Positions 46,739 through 56,635 are shown, counted from the stretch's first letter. The stretch is 64,000 bases of DNA from an uncultured Phycisphaerales bacterium (GCA_964482235.1 CAYZWU010000030.1:2857-66856), one strand, 5' to 3'. Notes: a model not told the origin generated them from the sequence alone. Numbers and translations are program-made.

Positions 46739-46870
46739 CACCCATGAGAGGGCCAGGTGGGTGCATGGAGCGGTCCCGGCTATTAACCCTTACGTTTTAC
46801 AGTATCAGCTACCGAAGCTCCGGCCCATCTCCAGGGCCTTCAGGTTGATTTCCACGGTCTTCGGCTTGAC
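46739..46870. repeat. direct repeat copy B (native iorB 3' end and downstream region)
   Basis: See copy A. Includes the authentic iorB stop at 46805-46807. Confidence 0.85.
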
Positions 46871-47377
46871 GTTCTTCTGCAGCGTATCGCGCCAGTTCTC
46901 CATGTCGAAATCGAGATGGTTCGAGAGGACGCCCAGCAGGAGCACATTGACGCTTCTCACGTTTCCCGCCTCGATCGCCATGGCGTTGGCATCGAGAAGG
47001 ACCGTCTTCCCGGCCTTCTCCTTGATCCGGTCTTCCAGCTTCTCCGGGTAGGTCTCCTGTCCCGAGGGAAGGAGCTCCATCGTGTTCACGATGGCCACCC
47101 CGTCGGGTTTCAGGAAGTGGAGCCACCTCAGGGCCTCCATCTTCTCGAAGGCGAGGATGAAGTCCGCCCCGCCTTCCTCGATCAGCGGCGAGTGGATCTT
47201 CTCGCCGAACCGGACGTGGCTCACCACCGAGCCGCCGCGCTGGGCCATCCCGTGCACCTCGCTCTTCTTCACGTCATAGCCCTGATCCAGAGCGAGAGCC
47301 GAGAGGATCTTGCTCGAGAGGAGGATTCCCTGGCCGCCCACACCGCAGATGAAAACGTTGGTCATCTTCTTCGTCAT
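46805..47377 (-). CDS. iorB: indolepyruvate:ferredoxin oxidoreductase beta subunit (2-oxoacid oxidoreductase gamma-type)
   Basis: MTKKMTNVFICGVGGQGILLSS N-terminus with a gaggaag RBS. 190 aa. Follows iorA. Confidence 0.8.
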   Translation of the reverse strand: MTKKMTNVFICGVGGQGILLSSKILSALALDQGYDVKKSEVHGMAQRGGSVVSHVRFGEKIHSPLIEEGGADFILAFEKMEALRWLHFLKPDGVAIVNTMELLPSGQETYPEKLEDRIKEKAGKTVLLDANAMAIEAGNVRSVNVLLLGVLSNHLDFDMENWRDTLQKNVKPKTVEINLKALEMGRSFGS

Positions 47378-47433
47378 TTTTCTACTTCCTCATTTCATGG
47401 CTCGTGGTCTCTAACAGAAAACACGGCCTCCCG

Positions 47434-49188
47434 TCACTTCCCCTCGAGGGGCTGGATGGCTCCGGTGGGGCAGACCTGGCCGCAGACGTTGCACACGTCC
47501 CCGGCGCAGAGGATCGAGGTGATGTATGATTTCTCCTCCCCTTCCCCGCCGACCTTCGAGATGGCGGGACAGCCGGTCTTGCGGCACATGGCGCAGTTGA
47601 TGCAGGTCTCCGCTTCCACGGTGCGGGGGTCCCTGCCGGCCTCGCGGTTGCGCAGGATGCAGGCGCCGCGCACGACGACGAGCGAGGAGACATCCTTCGA
47701 CGTCTCCTCCTTGAGCGTCTCGAGAACGGCCTTCACGTCGTAGGCGTCCACCAGGGTGAAGCTCTCGATCCCCACGGCCTTGGCCAGCATCTCGTAGTCG
47801 ACGGCAACGGTTTCCTGGCCGGAGAGGGTCTTCCCGCTGCCGGGATGATCCTGATGTCCGGTCATGGCGGTGATCGAGTTGTCGAGCACGATCACCGTGG
47901 AGGTTCCCTTGTTGTAGGCGAGGTTGATCAGCCCGGTGATTCCCGTGTGGACGAAGGTGGAGTCGCCGATCACGGCCACGGTCTTGCGGCCCTCTTCGGG
48001 GTCGAGGGCTTTCTGCATGCCGTGGGCCGACGTGACGCTGGCACCCATGCAGATGCAGCTGTCCATGCCGTTCAGGGGCGGCAGGGCGCCCAGCGTGTAG
48101 CAGCCGATGTCGCCCATGGCGTGAAGCCTCAGCTTGCGGATCGCCAAAAAAGCGCTGCGGTGGGGGCAGCCGGAGCAGAGGACAGGGGGGCGGCCCGGGA
48201 CTTCGGCCGGGGTGAACTCGGTCCTGCTCTCGGTCAGGCTTTCCCGGACGATCCTCTGGTTCAGCTCGCCGCAGAGCGGAACCTTCGCCTTGCCGACAAC
48301 GTCGATGCCGGCCAGCCGGGCGGCCTCCTCGATGAACGGCTCGCCCTCCTCGACCACGTAGACCGTGTCGACCTTGGCGGCGAAGGCCTTGACCTTCTCA
48401 TCCGGGAAGGGATAGCACATGCCGAGCTTGAGGAAGGAGGCCCCGGGGAAGGCTTCGCGCGCATACTGGTATGAGATCCCTGAAGCGATGACGCCGATCT
48501 TCGTGTCGGCCATCTCTTCCTTGTTGAGATCGCTCGTCTCCGCGAGCTCCTTCAGCTTGCCGAGCCGCTCCTCAAGGTCCTTGTGGCGGACACGGGCGTT
48601 GGCCGGGATCAGGACGCGCTTGCGCATGTCCTTCTCGTAGCTTACCTCCTTCGGCTGGACGGGATCGTTCGTTTCCACCGGTGTGAGAGCGTGGCAGAGG
48701 CGGGTGCTCATCCTGAAGAGGATCGGCGTCCCGTACTCCTCGGAGATCTCGAAGGCCCGGACCAGGAGGTCCTTCGATTCCTGCGAATCGGTGGGCTCGA
48801 TCACGGGGAGCTTGGCGAACTTGGCGTAGAGCCGGTTGTCCTGCTCGTTCTGCGACGAGTGCATTCCCGGATCGTCGCAGCAGACGATGACCAGCCCGCC
48901 GTGGGCGCCGATGTACGAGGCGCTGAAGAGGGGATCGGCCGCCACGTTGAGCCCCACGTGCTTCATCACCGCCATGCTTCTCTGGCCGGTGAAGGAGGCG
49001 CCGAGGGCGACCTCGACGGCCGCCTTCTCGTTGGGGCACCACTCGGAGTAAACCGTTTCGTACTTCACGAGATTTTCGAGAATCTCCGTGCTGGGTGTGC
49101 CGGGATAGGCGGCTGCAAGCTTGACCCCCGCCTCGAATGCACCCCTGGCAACGGCCTCGTTTCCTGATATGAGTTCTGCCATCGTCAA
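47434..49188 (-). CDS. iorA: indolepyruvate:ferredoxin oxidoreductase alpha subunit (TPP and 4Fe-4S binding)
   Basis: GAFEAGVKLAAAYPGTPSTEI, the TPP GDIGCYTLG region, and C-terminal CINCAMCRKTGCP and CNVCGQVCP ferredoxin motifs. Confidence 0.85.
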   Translation of the reverse strand: MTMAELISGNEAVARGAFEAGVKLAAAYPGTPSTEILENLVKYETVYSEWCPNEKAAVEVALGASFTGQRSMAVMKHVGLNVAADPLFSASYIGAHGGLVIVCCDDPGMHSSQNEQDNRLYAKFAKLPVIEPTDSQESKDLLVRAFEISEEYGTPILFRMSTRLCHALTPVETNDPVQPKEVSYEKDMRKRVLIPANARVRHKDLEERLGKLKELAETSDLNKEEMADTKIGVIASGISYQYAREAFPGASFLKLGMCYPFPDEKVKAFAAKVDTVYVVEEGEPFIEEAARLAGIDVVGKAKVPLCGELNQRIVRESLTESRTEFTPAEVPGRPPVLCSGCPHRSAFLAIRKLRLHAMGDIGCYTLGALPPLNGMDSCICMGASVTSAHGMQKALDPEEGRKTVAVIGDSTFVHTGITGLINLAYNKGTSTVIVLDNSITAMTGHQDHPGSGKTLSGQETVAVDYEMLAKAVGIESFTLVDAYDVKAVLETLKEETSKDVSSLVVVRGACILRNREAGRDPRTVEAETCINCAMCRKTGCPAISKVGGEGEEKSYITSILCAGDVCNVCGQVCPTGAIQPLEGK

Positions 49189-49258
49189 TCACCTTTCGAT
49201 GCTGCCGAAAAAGTTCGTCCCTTCGAGCCGCTCCGCATGGGCGGCCGGGAAGGGTTTT

Positions 49259-49450
49259 CTAGCGATGATATTTCATGAGATTTTTCCAGGACCGATCATA
49301 CGTCTTCTCGCCCTCTTCTGTGAAGAAGCAAGCGGGAATCTCGCCGTTGTCCCTGTGGTTGCGGACACAGAGACAGCAGTTGCCGTGGTTCGGGCACGCA
49401 GTGTAGGTGCACCTGCAGTTCTTGATATTCTCGTTCTGCCTGCATTCCAT
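49259..49450 (-). CDS. 63-aa cysteine-rich protein (8 Cys, putative metal-binding small domain)
   Basis: MECRQNENIKNCRCTYTACPNHGNCCLCVRNHRDNGEIPACFF. AGGAGA RBS 8 nt upstream of ATG 49448-49450 (ORF-track start 49468 is GTG). Resembles my memory of the Cys-rich small domain family (CxC...CPxHGxCCxC). Confidence 0.5.
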   Translation of the reverse strand: MECRQNENIKNCRCTYTACPNHGNCCLCVRNHRDNGEIPACFFTEEGEKTYDRSWKNLMKYHR

Positions 49451-49464
49451 GAAAAAATCTCCTG

Positions 49465-49968
49465 TCACGTCATCCCGCCGAGAAGGCGGATCACTGCTCC
49501 CGGTTCGCTGATCGCCATGAACCTGTCGAGGATGTCATCCTCCTGGAGAAGCTCACCCAGGTGGCGGTAGATTCTCAGATAGACCTTGTCGTCGTACGGC
49601 GGACCCACGATGGGAACGAAGACCTGGACGTCCAGGCCGTCGGCGGCGCCGAAGGGAATTCCCTCGCGCGACCGGAGAAAGCCGACCACCGTGCTCTTGG
49701 CCTGGAGCGTCCGGACGTGGGGGATCGCCACGGCATTGCCGATGGCGGTGCAGGCCCGCTTCTCCCGGTTCAGGAGATCGGTGTAGAGCTTGCTGCGATT
49801 GCCGACCCGGCCCGACTCGTAAAGGAGGTCGGAGATCCTGCCGATCACGCTCTCACGGTAGTGGTTCACGATCCGCTTATCCAGAGCCGTTTCCTCCAGT
49901 TCGAGATCGCGCGGGATATCGAGCTCCAGGTCGATCAGGCTTTCATTGATGTAGCGGGTCAAGCTCAT
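49465..49968 (-). CDS. PTS EIIA type-2 domain protein (PtsN / IIA-Ntr-like)
   Basis: TAIGNAVAIPHVRT carries the phosphorylatable His motif of PTS_EIIA_2. Start MSLTRY overlaps the rSAM stop (ATGA). Confidence 0.65.
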   Translation of the reverse strand: MSLTRYINESLIDLELDIPRDLELEETALDKRIVNHYRESVIGRISDLLYESGRVGNRSKLYTDLLNREKRACTAIGNAVAIPHVRTLQAKSTVVGFLRSREGIPFGAADGLDVQVFVPIVGPPYDDKVYLRIYRHLGELLQEDDILDRFMAISEPGAVIRLLGGMT

Positions 49969-51545
49969 GGTGTTTCCGTTCTGGTGGCCCCGCCCCACTG
50001 CTTCGCCGGTCCGGAAAAGCCCTGGTTCGCCTCCTCGAAATCGGAGCGGACCGCCATGACCTGCGTGTAACGGATCGAGTAGTGAAGCTTACCCTCGGTG
50101 CAGAACCTGTCGGAGAGGCGGCGGTCCTCCTCGAGGATCTTCCCGCTGTGGGCGGCCCAGGCCTCGGCGTCGAGCGCCTCCAGGTCGGCAGCGAGCCTGC
50201 CGTAGGTGCCCTCGAGCCCGAAGCCGGCGCGCCCGTTGACGTACCAGTGGAAGCAGCGCCTCAGCTTCTCGATGAAGAGGGAGAGGCCGGGCTCGAAGCG
50301 AAGCACGCTTCCCTCGTAAAAGGTGTCCTTGCCCTCCATCAGCGATCGGTCGACCAGGTTGTGCCTGTCGCAGATCTTCTTGATCTCCGTTCCCGGGAAG
50401 GGAAAGAAGACCGACCAGCGGAACCGTCCGGGACGGACGCGGGCCACGAGGTCGATGGTGGCTTCCAGGTCCTCCCTCTCCTCGAGCGGCAGCCCGATCA
50501 TCAGGAACGCCGACGTGTGAAGCCCCGCCTCCTCGGCCATGGCGAAAGCGTCCACGATCTGCGCGTTCGACATGATCCTGTGGAGCACGTCCCTCCTGAT
50601 CCGTTCCGACCCCGATTCGATCCCGAACTTCACGATCATGCAGCCCGCCTCCTTCAGGGCCTCTGCCATGTCCCGGGTGAAGCTTTGCACGTGGGCGTTC
50701 ACCACGAAGGGGATTCCGAGTCCCAGCTCCCTGTAGCCGCGGCAGAAGTCGAGGACCGTCTTCTCGTCCAGGGTGAAGAGGTCATCGTCGAAGATGAACG
50801 TCCGGATCCCCGGATGCCGGGCAGCCAGGTCCCCGGCCTCGCCGAGGACGCGTTCGAGGGGGTACCGCCGCAGGTACGCGGCCGGCTTGACGCCCGCCTC
50901 GGTACGGTAGCGGTTGACGATCTCGTGGTTGAAGCAGTAGGAGCAGCGGAAGGGACATCCCCGCGAGGTGAGGAGCGACATCCAGCCGTTCATCCGGTCG
51001 AGCATGTGGTCGAGGTCGAAGATCTCGAAGTCCTTCGGCGGAAGCGACTCGAGAGACGGGAAGGGGCCCAGGGCGTTCCGCTTGTACTCCCCGTCGCGGA
51101 ACGCCCAGATGCCCTGGACCGCCGTCACGTCGGCGTCCTCCTTCATTGCAGCGACCAGGCGCGGCAGGGAGACGTCGCACTCGCCGATGGCAATGAAGTC
51201 GAAGATGCGGTCCGCGGCGATCCCTTCAGGGTCCATGGCCGCGTGCACCCCGCCGATGGCCAGGGGGAAGGAGTACTTCTTTTTGATCTCCCGGGCCAGG
51301 GTCAGGGCGTACTTGTACTGCTGCGACATGACGGAGAAGCAGATCAGGTCGGGATCGAACCGACGGATCTCGGCGAGAAGCTCTTCCGTCGTGGGGAGGT
51401 CGTAGAGAGAGTTGTTCAGGTTGATCAGCCTCGTTTCCGCACCGATATCCTTCAGCGCGCCCGAGAGGGCGGCGATGCCGTGGTTGAAGCCCTCCTGGCT
51501 GTTGATATTCGGATAGATGAACAGGATTCGAGCCTGGTATTTCAC
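49965..51545 (-). CDS. B12-binding-domain radical SAM enzyme (class B rSAM)
   Basis: N-terminal Rossmann-like B12-binding region (ILFIYPNIN...LICFSVMSQQY...LAIGGVHAA), then LTSRGCPFRCSYCF CxxxCxxC radical SAM motif. 526 aa. Confidence 0.8.
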   Translation of the reverse strand: MKYQARILFIYPNINSQEGFNHGIAALSGALKDIGAETRLINLNNSLYDLPTTEELLAEIRRFDPDLICFSVMSQQYKYALTLAREIKKKYSFPLAIGGVHAAMDPEGIAADRIFDFIAIGECDVSLPRLVAAMKEDADVTAVQGIWAFRDGEYKRNALGPFPSLESLPPKDFEIFDLDHMLDRMNGWMSLLTSRGCPFRCSYCFNHEIVNRYRTEAGVKPAAYLRRYPLERVLGEAGDLAARHPGIRTFIFDDDLFTLDEKTVLDFCRGYRELGLGIPFVVNAHVQSFTRDMAEALKEAGCMIVKFGIESGSERIRRDVLHRIMSNAQIVDAFAMAEEAGLHTSAFLMIGLPLEEREDLEATIDLVARVRPGRFRWSVFFPFPGTEIKKICDRHNLVDRSLMEGKDTFYEGSVLRFEPGLSLFIEKLRRCFHWYVNGRAGFGLEGTYGRLAADLEALDAEAWAAHSGKILEEDRRLSDRFCTEGKLHYSIRYTQVMAVRSDFEEANQGFSGPAKQWGGATRTETP

Positions 51546-51754
51546 GAGATTAGATCCATCTTCCGTCGATGCGGTGCTGCCGCTGCTTCCTGCTCCCGGG
51601 TCCTTGCATCCGAAGCAGACGTTAAAAGTTGAGATATTACTATAAGAGGCAGGGTTTCATCCAGCCGGTATTGATAGATATTTGTGAAATATTTGTTCGA
51701 AAAGGGGACTGCCCATAGAATACGATCTCCGAGAAATACGGATGGAGGCTTCTC

Positions 51755-54445
51755 ATGGCAATCTCTGCTTCCCGATCCCTGTTCCTGGTGATCCTGGCTG
51801 CTCTGGGCGCCGGGCTGATCGCTCAGGAGTCGGCCGCCCAGGATTCCGGCCGCGACAAGATCGAGTGCTATACCTGCCGCGACACGGGTCTCGTTCCCTG
51901 CGAGGACCACAAGGCCTCCGCCGACTGGTGCCGCGACTTCCATTTCTACTGCTCCGAGTGCATGAAGGAGCAGGCCTGCTGCCGGGGCAGGGGTTACAGG
52001 CCCTGCGATTGCGTCGATCGTGACTGGGAGAACCTGGTTCTCGATCCGGGATACGAGCTGTTCGATGGCGGGATCGAGGCCCGGCAGCCCCTGGTCGAAT
52101 TCATGAAGGCCGATCCGATCTATCTGGTGACCGAGCACTTCTTCGTGATGAGCACGCTGGAGGGGATGAAGCTGTCGCCCAACCAGGTGGAGGAGATGTC
52201 CGCCGACCTGAATCCGATGAAGAAGAACTTCCCCTGGGTCTTCCGGAACCTGCTGAACATCTCGCCCCACGCCATGGCCCATCTCTACGCCCACAGGCTG
52301 GAGAAGATCTACGAGAAGTACTGCGAGGCCATCGGAGTGACAGTGGAGGAAGACCGGGGCATCCCCTACTCGGGGCGGCTCACCGAGGTCTTTCTCTGCG
52401 GCCAGGTCAAGGAGCAGAAGGCCTGGCAGGCGCGGCACGGCGGGGCATCGCTGACATCGGGGTCGTCGGGAAAGTTCGCCCTGTCGCCGCTCTCGAGCCC
52501 AGCCGGCGGGCGGCATCGCAAGTCGTACGGGCCGAACGTGAGCGGCGACACCAACTTTCACGACGGGGTGATCCACCTGACGTCGCGATGCCTGCTGGAG
52601 CGGTTCTTCTGCCGCCAGGGCGGCAAGTTCCCGCCCGGGTGGCTGAAGGTCGGCTTCCCGCACTGGATGGAGCAGCAGATCCTCAAGCAGTGCAGCTACT
52701 ACCTGGTCAACATCGAGGTGAAGGGGCTGAGCGAGGAGTGGGTCGTGTCGGGCTGGGACCGCCGCGCCGTCTCCCTGGCCCGGCGCAGCAACACCGTGAC
52801 CTTTCCCGTCCTGTCGAAGAAGGACTTTGCCGATCTGGGTTTCAGGGAGCATGTGCTGGCCTGGAGCTTCGTCGACTTTGTCCTGAGGAACCAGCCCAGG
52901 GAGAAGTTCCGGGATTACTGGGACAACCTCCGGAGCCGGATGCATCCCAGGGACAGCCTGTTGACCGCCTATGACTGGTCCGAGCTCACGCTGGAGAACA
53001 ACTGGCGGTGCGATCTCCTCATGCAGGCGAACGAGTTCGAGGACCTGTCGCGGGCCGAGAGGTTCGTGGCCGAGTTCGATCGCGCGCTGCTCCACCCGGA
53101 CCTGGAGACCCGTGCGTCGGCTTCCTACTTCCTCAAGTACAGCAACACCCTTGCCGCAGCCGAGCGTATCCTTCAGGCCTTTCAGGAGAGCGAGGTTGTC
53201 GTGCGGGCATCGGCGCTGGCGGCGCTGAAGGAGTTCGAGAGCGAGGCGGCGCTCCGCTGGGTGGTGGAGAACGGGCTGACCCACGCCTCCGAGCGCGTGA
53301 GGCGCAACACGGCCATCGCGCTGGGAACGATGCCGGGATTGCTGGAGATCACGCTCCCGCTCCTGCTGAAGCTTCTCGAGGACGGCAAGGCGGCGGCCCG
53401 GGCCGGCGCCGTGCGCGCCCTGGGCGAGCTGCACCCTGACGAGGCCTTCCTGCCCGTGGCCGACATGGCGACGGACAAGAGCCCCGAGGTCAGGGTGGAG
53501 TGCGCCCTCGCGCTCTGGAACTTCCGGGAGGACGGGGCCCTGACCCAGGTGCTGACACTGCTTCGCGACGAGGTGTGGGCCGTGCGTCTCGCCTCGATCC
53601 GGTCGCTTCATTACATCGAGGACAAGCGGATGATCCCCGCTCTCATCGAGCGGCTGCGCGCCGAGACGGGGAGGCTGCGCGAGGATATCCTCGACCTCCT
53701 GGTGAAGAAGACACATCAGGACTACGGCCTCAAGCCGGACCGGTGGACCTGGTGGTGGAACACCTACGGCGGGGACTTCAAGTTCGGCGCCGGCAAGTCC
53801 AAGTCGCAGGAGCACAAGATACGGTACGCCATCCAGTACCACGAGGTGGAGACGTGCTCCAAGAAGTTCATCTTCCTCGTGGATACGTCGAGCAGCATGA
53901 ACGAGATCGTGGCCGTGGAGAAGGTGGGCGGCAAGACCTACGGCAAGGGCGACCTCAACAAGAAGAAGATCAACGTGGCGCAGATCGAGCTGGTCCGTCT
54001 CCTGCGCGAGTTCGACAAGAACATCCTCTTCAACATCATCACCTTCAACGACGAAGTGGGGCAGTGGAAGAAGAACGTCGTGGCCGCATCGGGGGGGCAG
54101 AGGAAACAGGCCGAGAAGTATGTCTGGGACATCAAGCCGCCCGACAAGGCGGCCACCAACATCTACGACGCCTTGATGATGGCCTTCGACATGGTGGACG
54201 CCGGCTTCGCCAAGCGGAAGTACGAATCCGTGGTGGACACGATGTTCCTCCTGTCCGACGGCCGTCCCACGGCGGGGGCCGTGACGGACGTTGACATGAT
54301 CCTCCGGACGGTGAGGGAGCGTAACCGCGTGCACGGCATCAAGATCCATACCTTTTCCCTGGGCGGCCGGAGCGGCGATCCCTATTTCCTCAAGAAGCTC
54401 GCGGAGATCACGGGGGGGCAGTACCAGGTAATCCGTGTAAGGTGA
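51755..54445 (+). CDS. secreted protein with Cys-rich N-terminal module, HEAT-like (PBS-lyase-type) repeats and C-terminal von Willebrand factor A domain
   Basis: Signal peptide. CYTCRDTGLVPCEDH...CSECMKEQACCRGRGYRPCDC. Repeats RVRRNTAIALG, AVRALGEL, VRVECALAL, VRLASIRSL. vWA MIDAS-like FLVDTSSSM...LLSDGRPT. Confidence 0.6.
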   Translation: MAISASRSLFLVILAALGAGLIAQESAAQDSGRDKIECYTCRDTGLVPCEDHKASADWCRDFHFYCSECMKEQACCRGRGYRPCDCVDRDWENLVLDPGYELFDGGIEARQPLVEFMKADPIYLVTEHFFVMSTLEGMKLSPNQVEEMSADLNPMKKNFPWVFRNLLNISPHAMAHLYAHRLEKIYEKYCEAIGVTVEEDRGIPYSGRLTEVFLCGQVKEQKAWQARHGGASLTSGSSGKFALSPLSSPAGGRHRKSYGPNVSGDTNFHDGVIHLTSRCLLERFFCRQGGKFPPGWLKVGFPHWMEQQILKQCSYYLVNIEVKGLSEEWVVSGWDRRAVSLARRSNTVTFPVLSKKDFADLGFREHVLAWSFVDFVLRNQPREKFRDYWDNLRSRMHPRDSLLTAYDWSELTLENNWRCDLLMQANEFEDLSRAERFVAEFDRALLHPDLETRASASYFLKYSNTLAAAERILQAFQESEVVVRASALAALKEFESEAALRWVVENGLTHASERVRRNTAIALGTMPGLLEITLPLLLKLLEDGKAAARAGAVRALGELHPDEAFLPVADMATDKSPEVRVECALALWNFREDGALTQVLTLLRDEVWAVRLASIRSLHYIEDKRMIPALIERLRAETGRLREDILDLLVKKTHQDYGLKPDRWTWWWNTYGGDFKFGAGKSKSQEHKIRYAIQYHEVETCSKKFIFLVDTSSSMNEIVAVEKVGGKTYGKGDLNKKKINVAQIELVRLLREFDKNILFNIITFNDEVGQWKKNVVAASGGQRKQAEKYVWDIKPPDKAATNIYDALMMAFDMVDAGFAKRKYESVVDTMFLLSDGRPTAGAVTDVDMILRTVRERNRVHGIKIHTFSLGGRSGDPYFLKKLAEITGGQYQVIRVR

Positions 54446-54709
54446 TATTTCGGTCTCCTGCTTTTACTCCCGCTCCCCGTAACCTACTTTATACAAGCGG
54501 GTTCAGGATTGGGAGAGGGGGGCAAGAAACACTTTCTTCTGTCTGATCAATCCGTACTCATTCCAGAATAATCCCTTCTTTGCAATGTAAGAACAGGGGA
54601 CAGCACCGCTCTATTCGCCCATTGATTTTTCATCCGGTTTTCAGGGCCTCTCTAACCCGAGCAAAAATGCTGTTGAGGTATTCCTGAGAACGGATCGAGG
54701 AGGTGAGAC

Positions 54710-56317
54710 ATGTTGATGAAGCGCAGCCCTGTCCTCTTTCAGTACCTTGCCTTGTTTCTTGCCATGGCGGCACCGGCGGCCCTGCCTGCCGGCTCCCTGG
54801 GAACGACTCACGTGGACAAGGAAACAGGCTTTTCTATCCGTGTACCAAAGGACTGGAAATTCGTGGCATCGCCTGACAGCGAGCGTTACATCGTGGGCAA
54901 GTTCATCGGTGAAAGGGAGCTCTGGTCGCGCACATCCGGCAGGGCCAGATACGCCCACACGCCGGAGATGCGGATCATCGTCTTCTCTCCGGAGAACAGC
55001 GGGATCCGGGAAGAGAAGAGCAGCGGCACGCTTTTGGGAAAAGAGATCACCGTCGTGGCGCGGCAGAATCCCTATCGCGACTTCAAGGAATACACGAAGC
55101 GAAACAAGAAGGGGTTCTACTTCGGCGAGGAGAAGAAGGATCGGATCCGCGGAATCGACTGCACATGGATCGAGGTCGTGATGGAGCAGAGAACGCCTCC
55201 GTCGAGGCAGCTGGCCTGCATCTTCCACCTCGATGACATGGATGTCGCCGTCTCCTTCGAGATCATGGACGAATGGTACTCCAAATACGAGAGGCTGTTT
55301 TGCTCCTCGTGCCGATCCTTCAAGAAGGTGAAGCGCACGGTGAAGAAGACGGATTCCGGCAGCTCGATCGACGAGAAGCCGAAGAGCCGCAAGGAGTTCG
55401 TCAAGTCCGTGGCCTCGAAGCTTCCCAAGGGCTGGGTCGTCAAGGAGACGAAGAACTACCTCGTGATCTCCCACACCGGCAAGAGGTTCACCCAGAAGAT
55501 CGCCGCCTTTGCCGAAACGGTCCACAAGGCCATTGAGAAGGATTACAGTGGCATGGCGTTCTGGTCTGTCCAGGACAGCGAAGGGAACGGAACCGGCGTG
55601 ACAATGCCGATCATCCGGATCTGCGCCGACTACGCGGAAAGAAATGCCTACGTGGACAACTCGCGCGGACACAGCGTCTTCAATGCCGACGCCAGCGAGA
55701 TCGTGATCCATGACGGGATGAAGGAAGGCAGATCGATCGAGTACACCATGCAGCGCCTTGCCAGGGGGCTTCACGCCCGGTTCGTCGCGGAACGGTTCGG
55801 GCTGGCCATCCCTCACCCCTGGTACAACGCCGGCAAGCAGTACTACTACTATGTCAGCTACAGCGGCGGGGGCTCCCGAGGCAAGTACAAGAAAGATCCG
55901 TGGGACGTCGAATTCCTCCGCGACGCGGTCCGCGGCGGCGACTGCCGTTCGTTCCGGACCCTGATCTGCCACGAGTCGACCGGCCTGAGCTACGAGGAGT
56001 CTATCAAGCTGGGTACCCTCTTCTGCTTCCTGCAGACCCGGAAGGGCATGAAGAAGCCGTGGAAGGGTGTGACCGGCTCCTACCTGGAAAACATCGAGGA
56101 CGCCTACATCGAGTTCTCGGCAAGAGCCGGGGAAAACGTGGAGAACTACTCGGAGGACGGCTCCTCGGGAAAGCAGAAGAAGGACAAGGGAAAGAAGAAG
56201 GGACTGACCGTCAGCATCGAGGAGATCAGGAAAGAGGCGGTCGAGAGGACATTCGCCAGCTGGACCGACGAGGACTGGAAGAGGCTCGAGGCGGCCTGGC
56301 AGGACTGGGCTCTATAA
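54710..56317 (+). CDS. secreted hypothetical protein. Motif-degenerate paralogue of the HExxH (DUF1570-like) domain of 25652..29440
   Basis: Signal peptide. Region YTMQRLARGLHARFV...WYNAGKQYYYY aligns to TLAHEVSHHFV...WMNEGFASFFEG with HExxH replaced by ARGLH and NEG by NAG. Lys-rich C-terminal tail. Confidence 0.45.
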   Translation: MLMKRSPVLFQYLALFLAMAAPAALPAGSLGTTHVDKETGFSIRVPKDWKFVASPDSERYIVGKFIGERELWSRTSGRARYAHTPEMRIIVFSPENSGIREEKSSGTLLGKEITVVARQNPYRDFKEYTKRNKKGFYFGEEKKDRIRGIDCTWIEVVMEQRTPPSRQLACIFHLDDMDVAVSFEIMDEWYSKYERLFCSSCRSFKKVKRTVKKTDSGSSIDEKPKSRKEFVKSVASKLPKGWVVKETKNYLVISHTGKRFTQKIAAFAETVHKAIEKDYSGMAFWSVQDSEGNGTGVTMPIIRICADYAERNAYVDNSRGHSVFNADASEIVIHDGMKEGRSIEYTMQRLARGLHARFVAERFGLAIPHPWYNAGKQYYYYVSYSGGGSRGKYKKDPWDVEFLRDAVRGGDCRSFRTLICHESTGLSYEESIKLGTLFCFLQTRKGMKKPWKGVTGSYLENIEDAYIEFSARAGENVENYSEDGSSGKQKKDKGKKKGLTVSIEEIRKEAVERTFASWTDEDWKRLEAAWQDWAL

Positions 56318-56377
56318 TCGAAGAAACCTCCCTGCCTCTTCCGGGCAGGTTTTCAGGATCCCCTTGGGGGGCTTCCC

Positions 56378-56408
56378 ATCCACGTCCTCAGGGCGTGGAT
56401 TTTTTTTT
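56378..56408 (+). terminator. rho-independent terminator downstream of 54710..56317
   Basis: ATCCACG-tcctcaggg-CGTGGAT stem-loop followed by T8. Confidence 0.7.
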
Positions 56409-56635
56409 GCTCCACTCTGACTTGTTCTGGGTTGGACGTGAATTTGGCCGGCACGAGGTCTTCCCATTCCAACTGATCGGCGATCCCCCGTATTCAGTAT
56501 TGAAAACCCGGACCACCGCACTATGCTTGATCTTGCCGCAAGCAGGAGAAATGAGGCGCCTGGAGCGGCGGCCATGGAAGTGATGGGCACCATCGTCTCG
56601 GCCGTCCGGAGATCGGGAAAGGGATATCGTCGATC

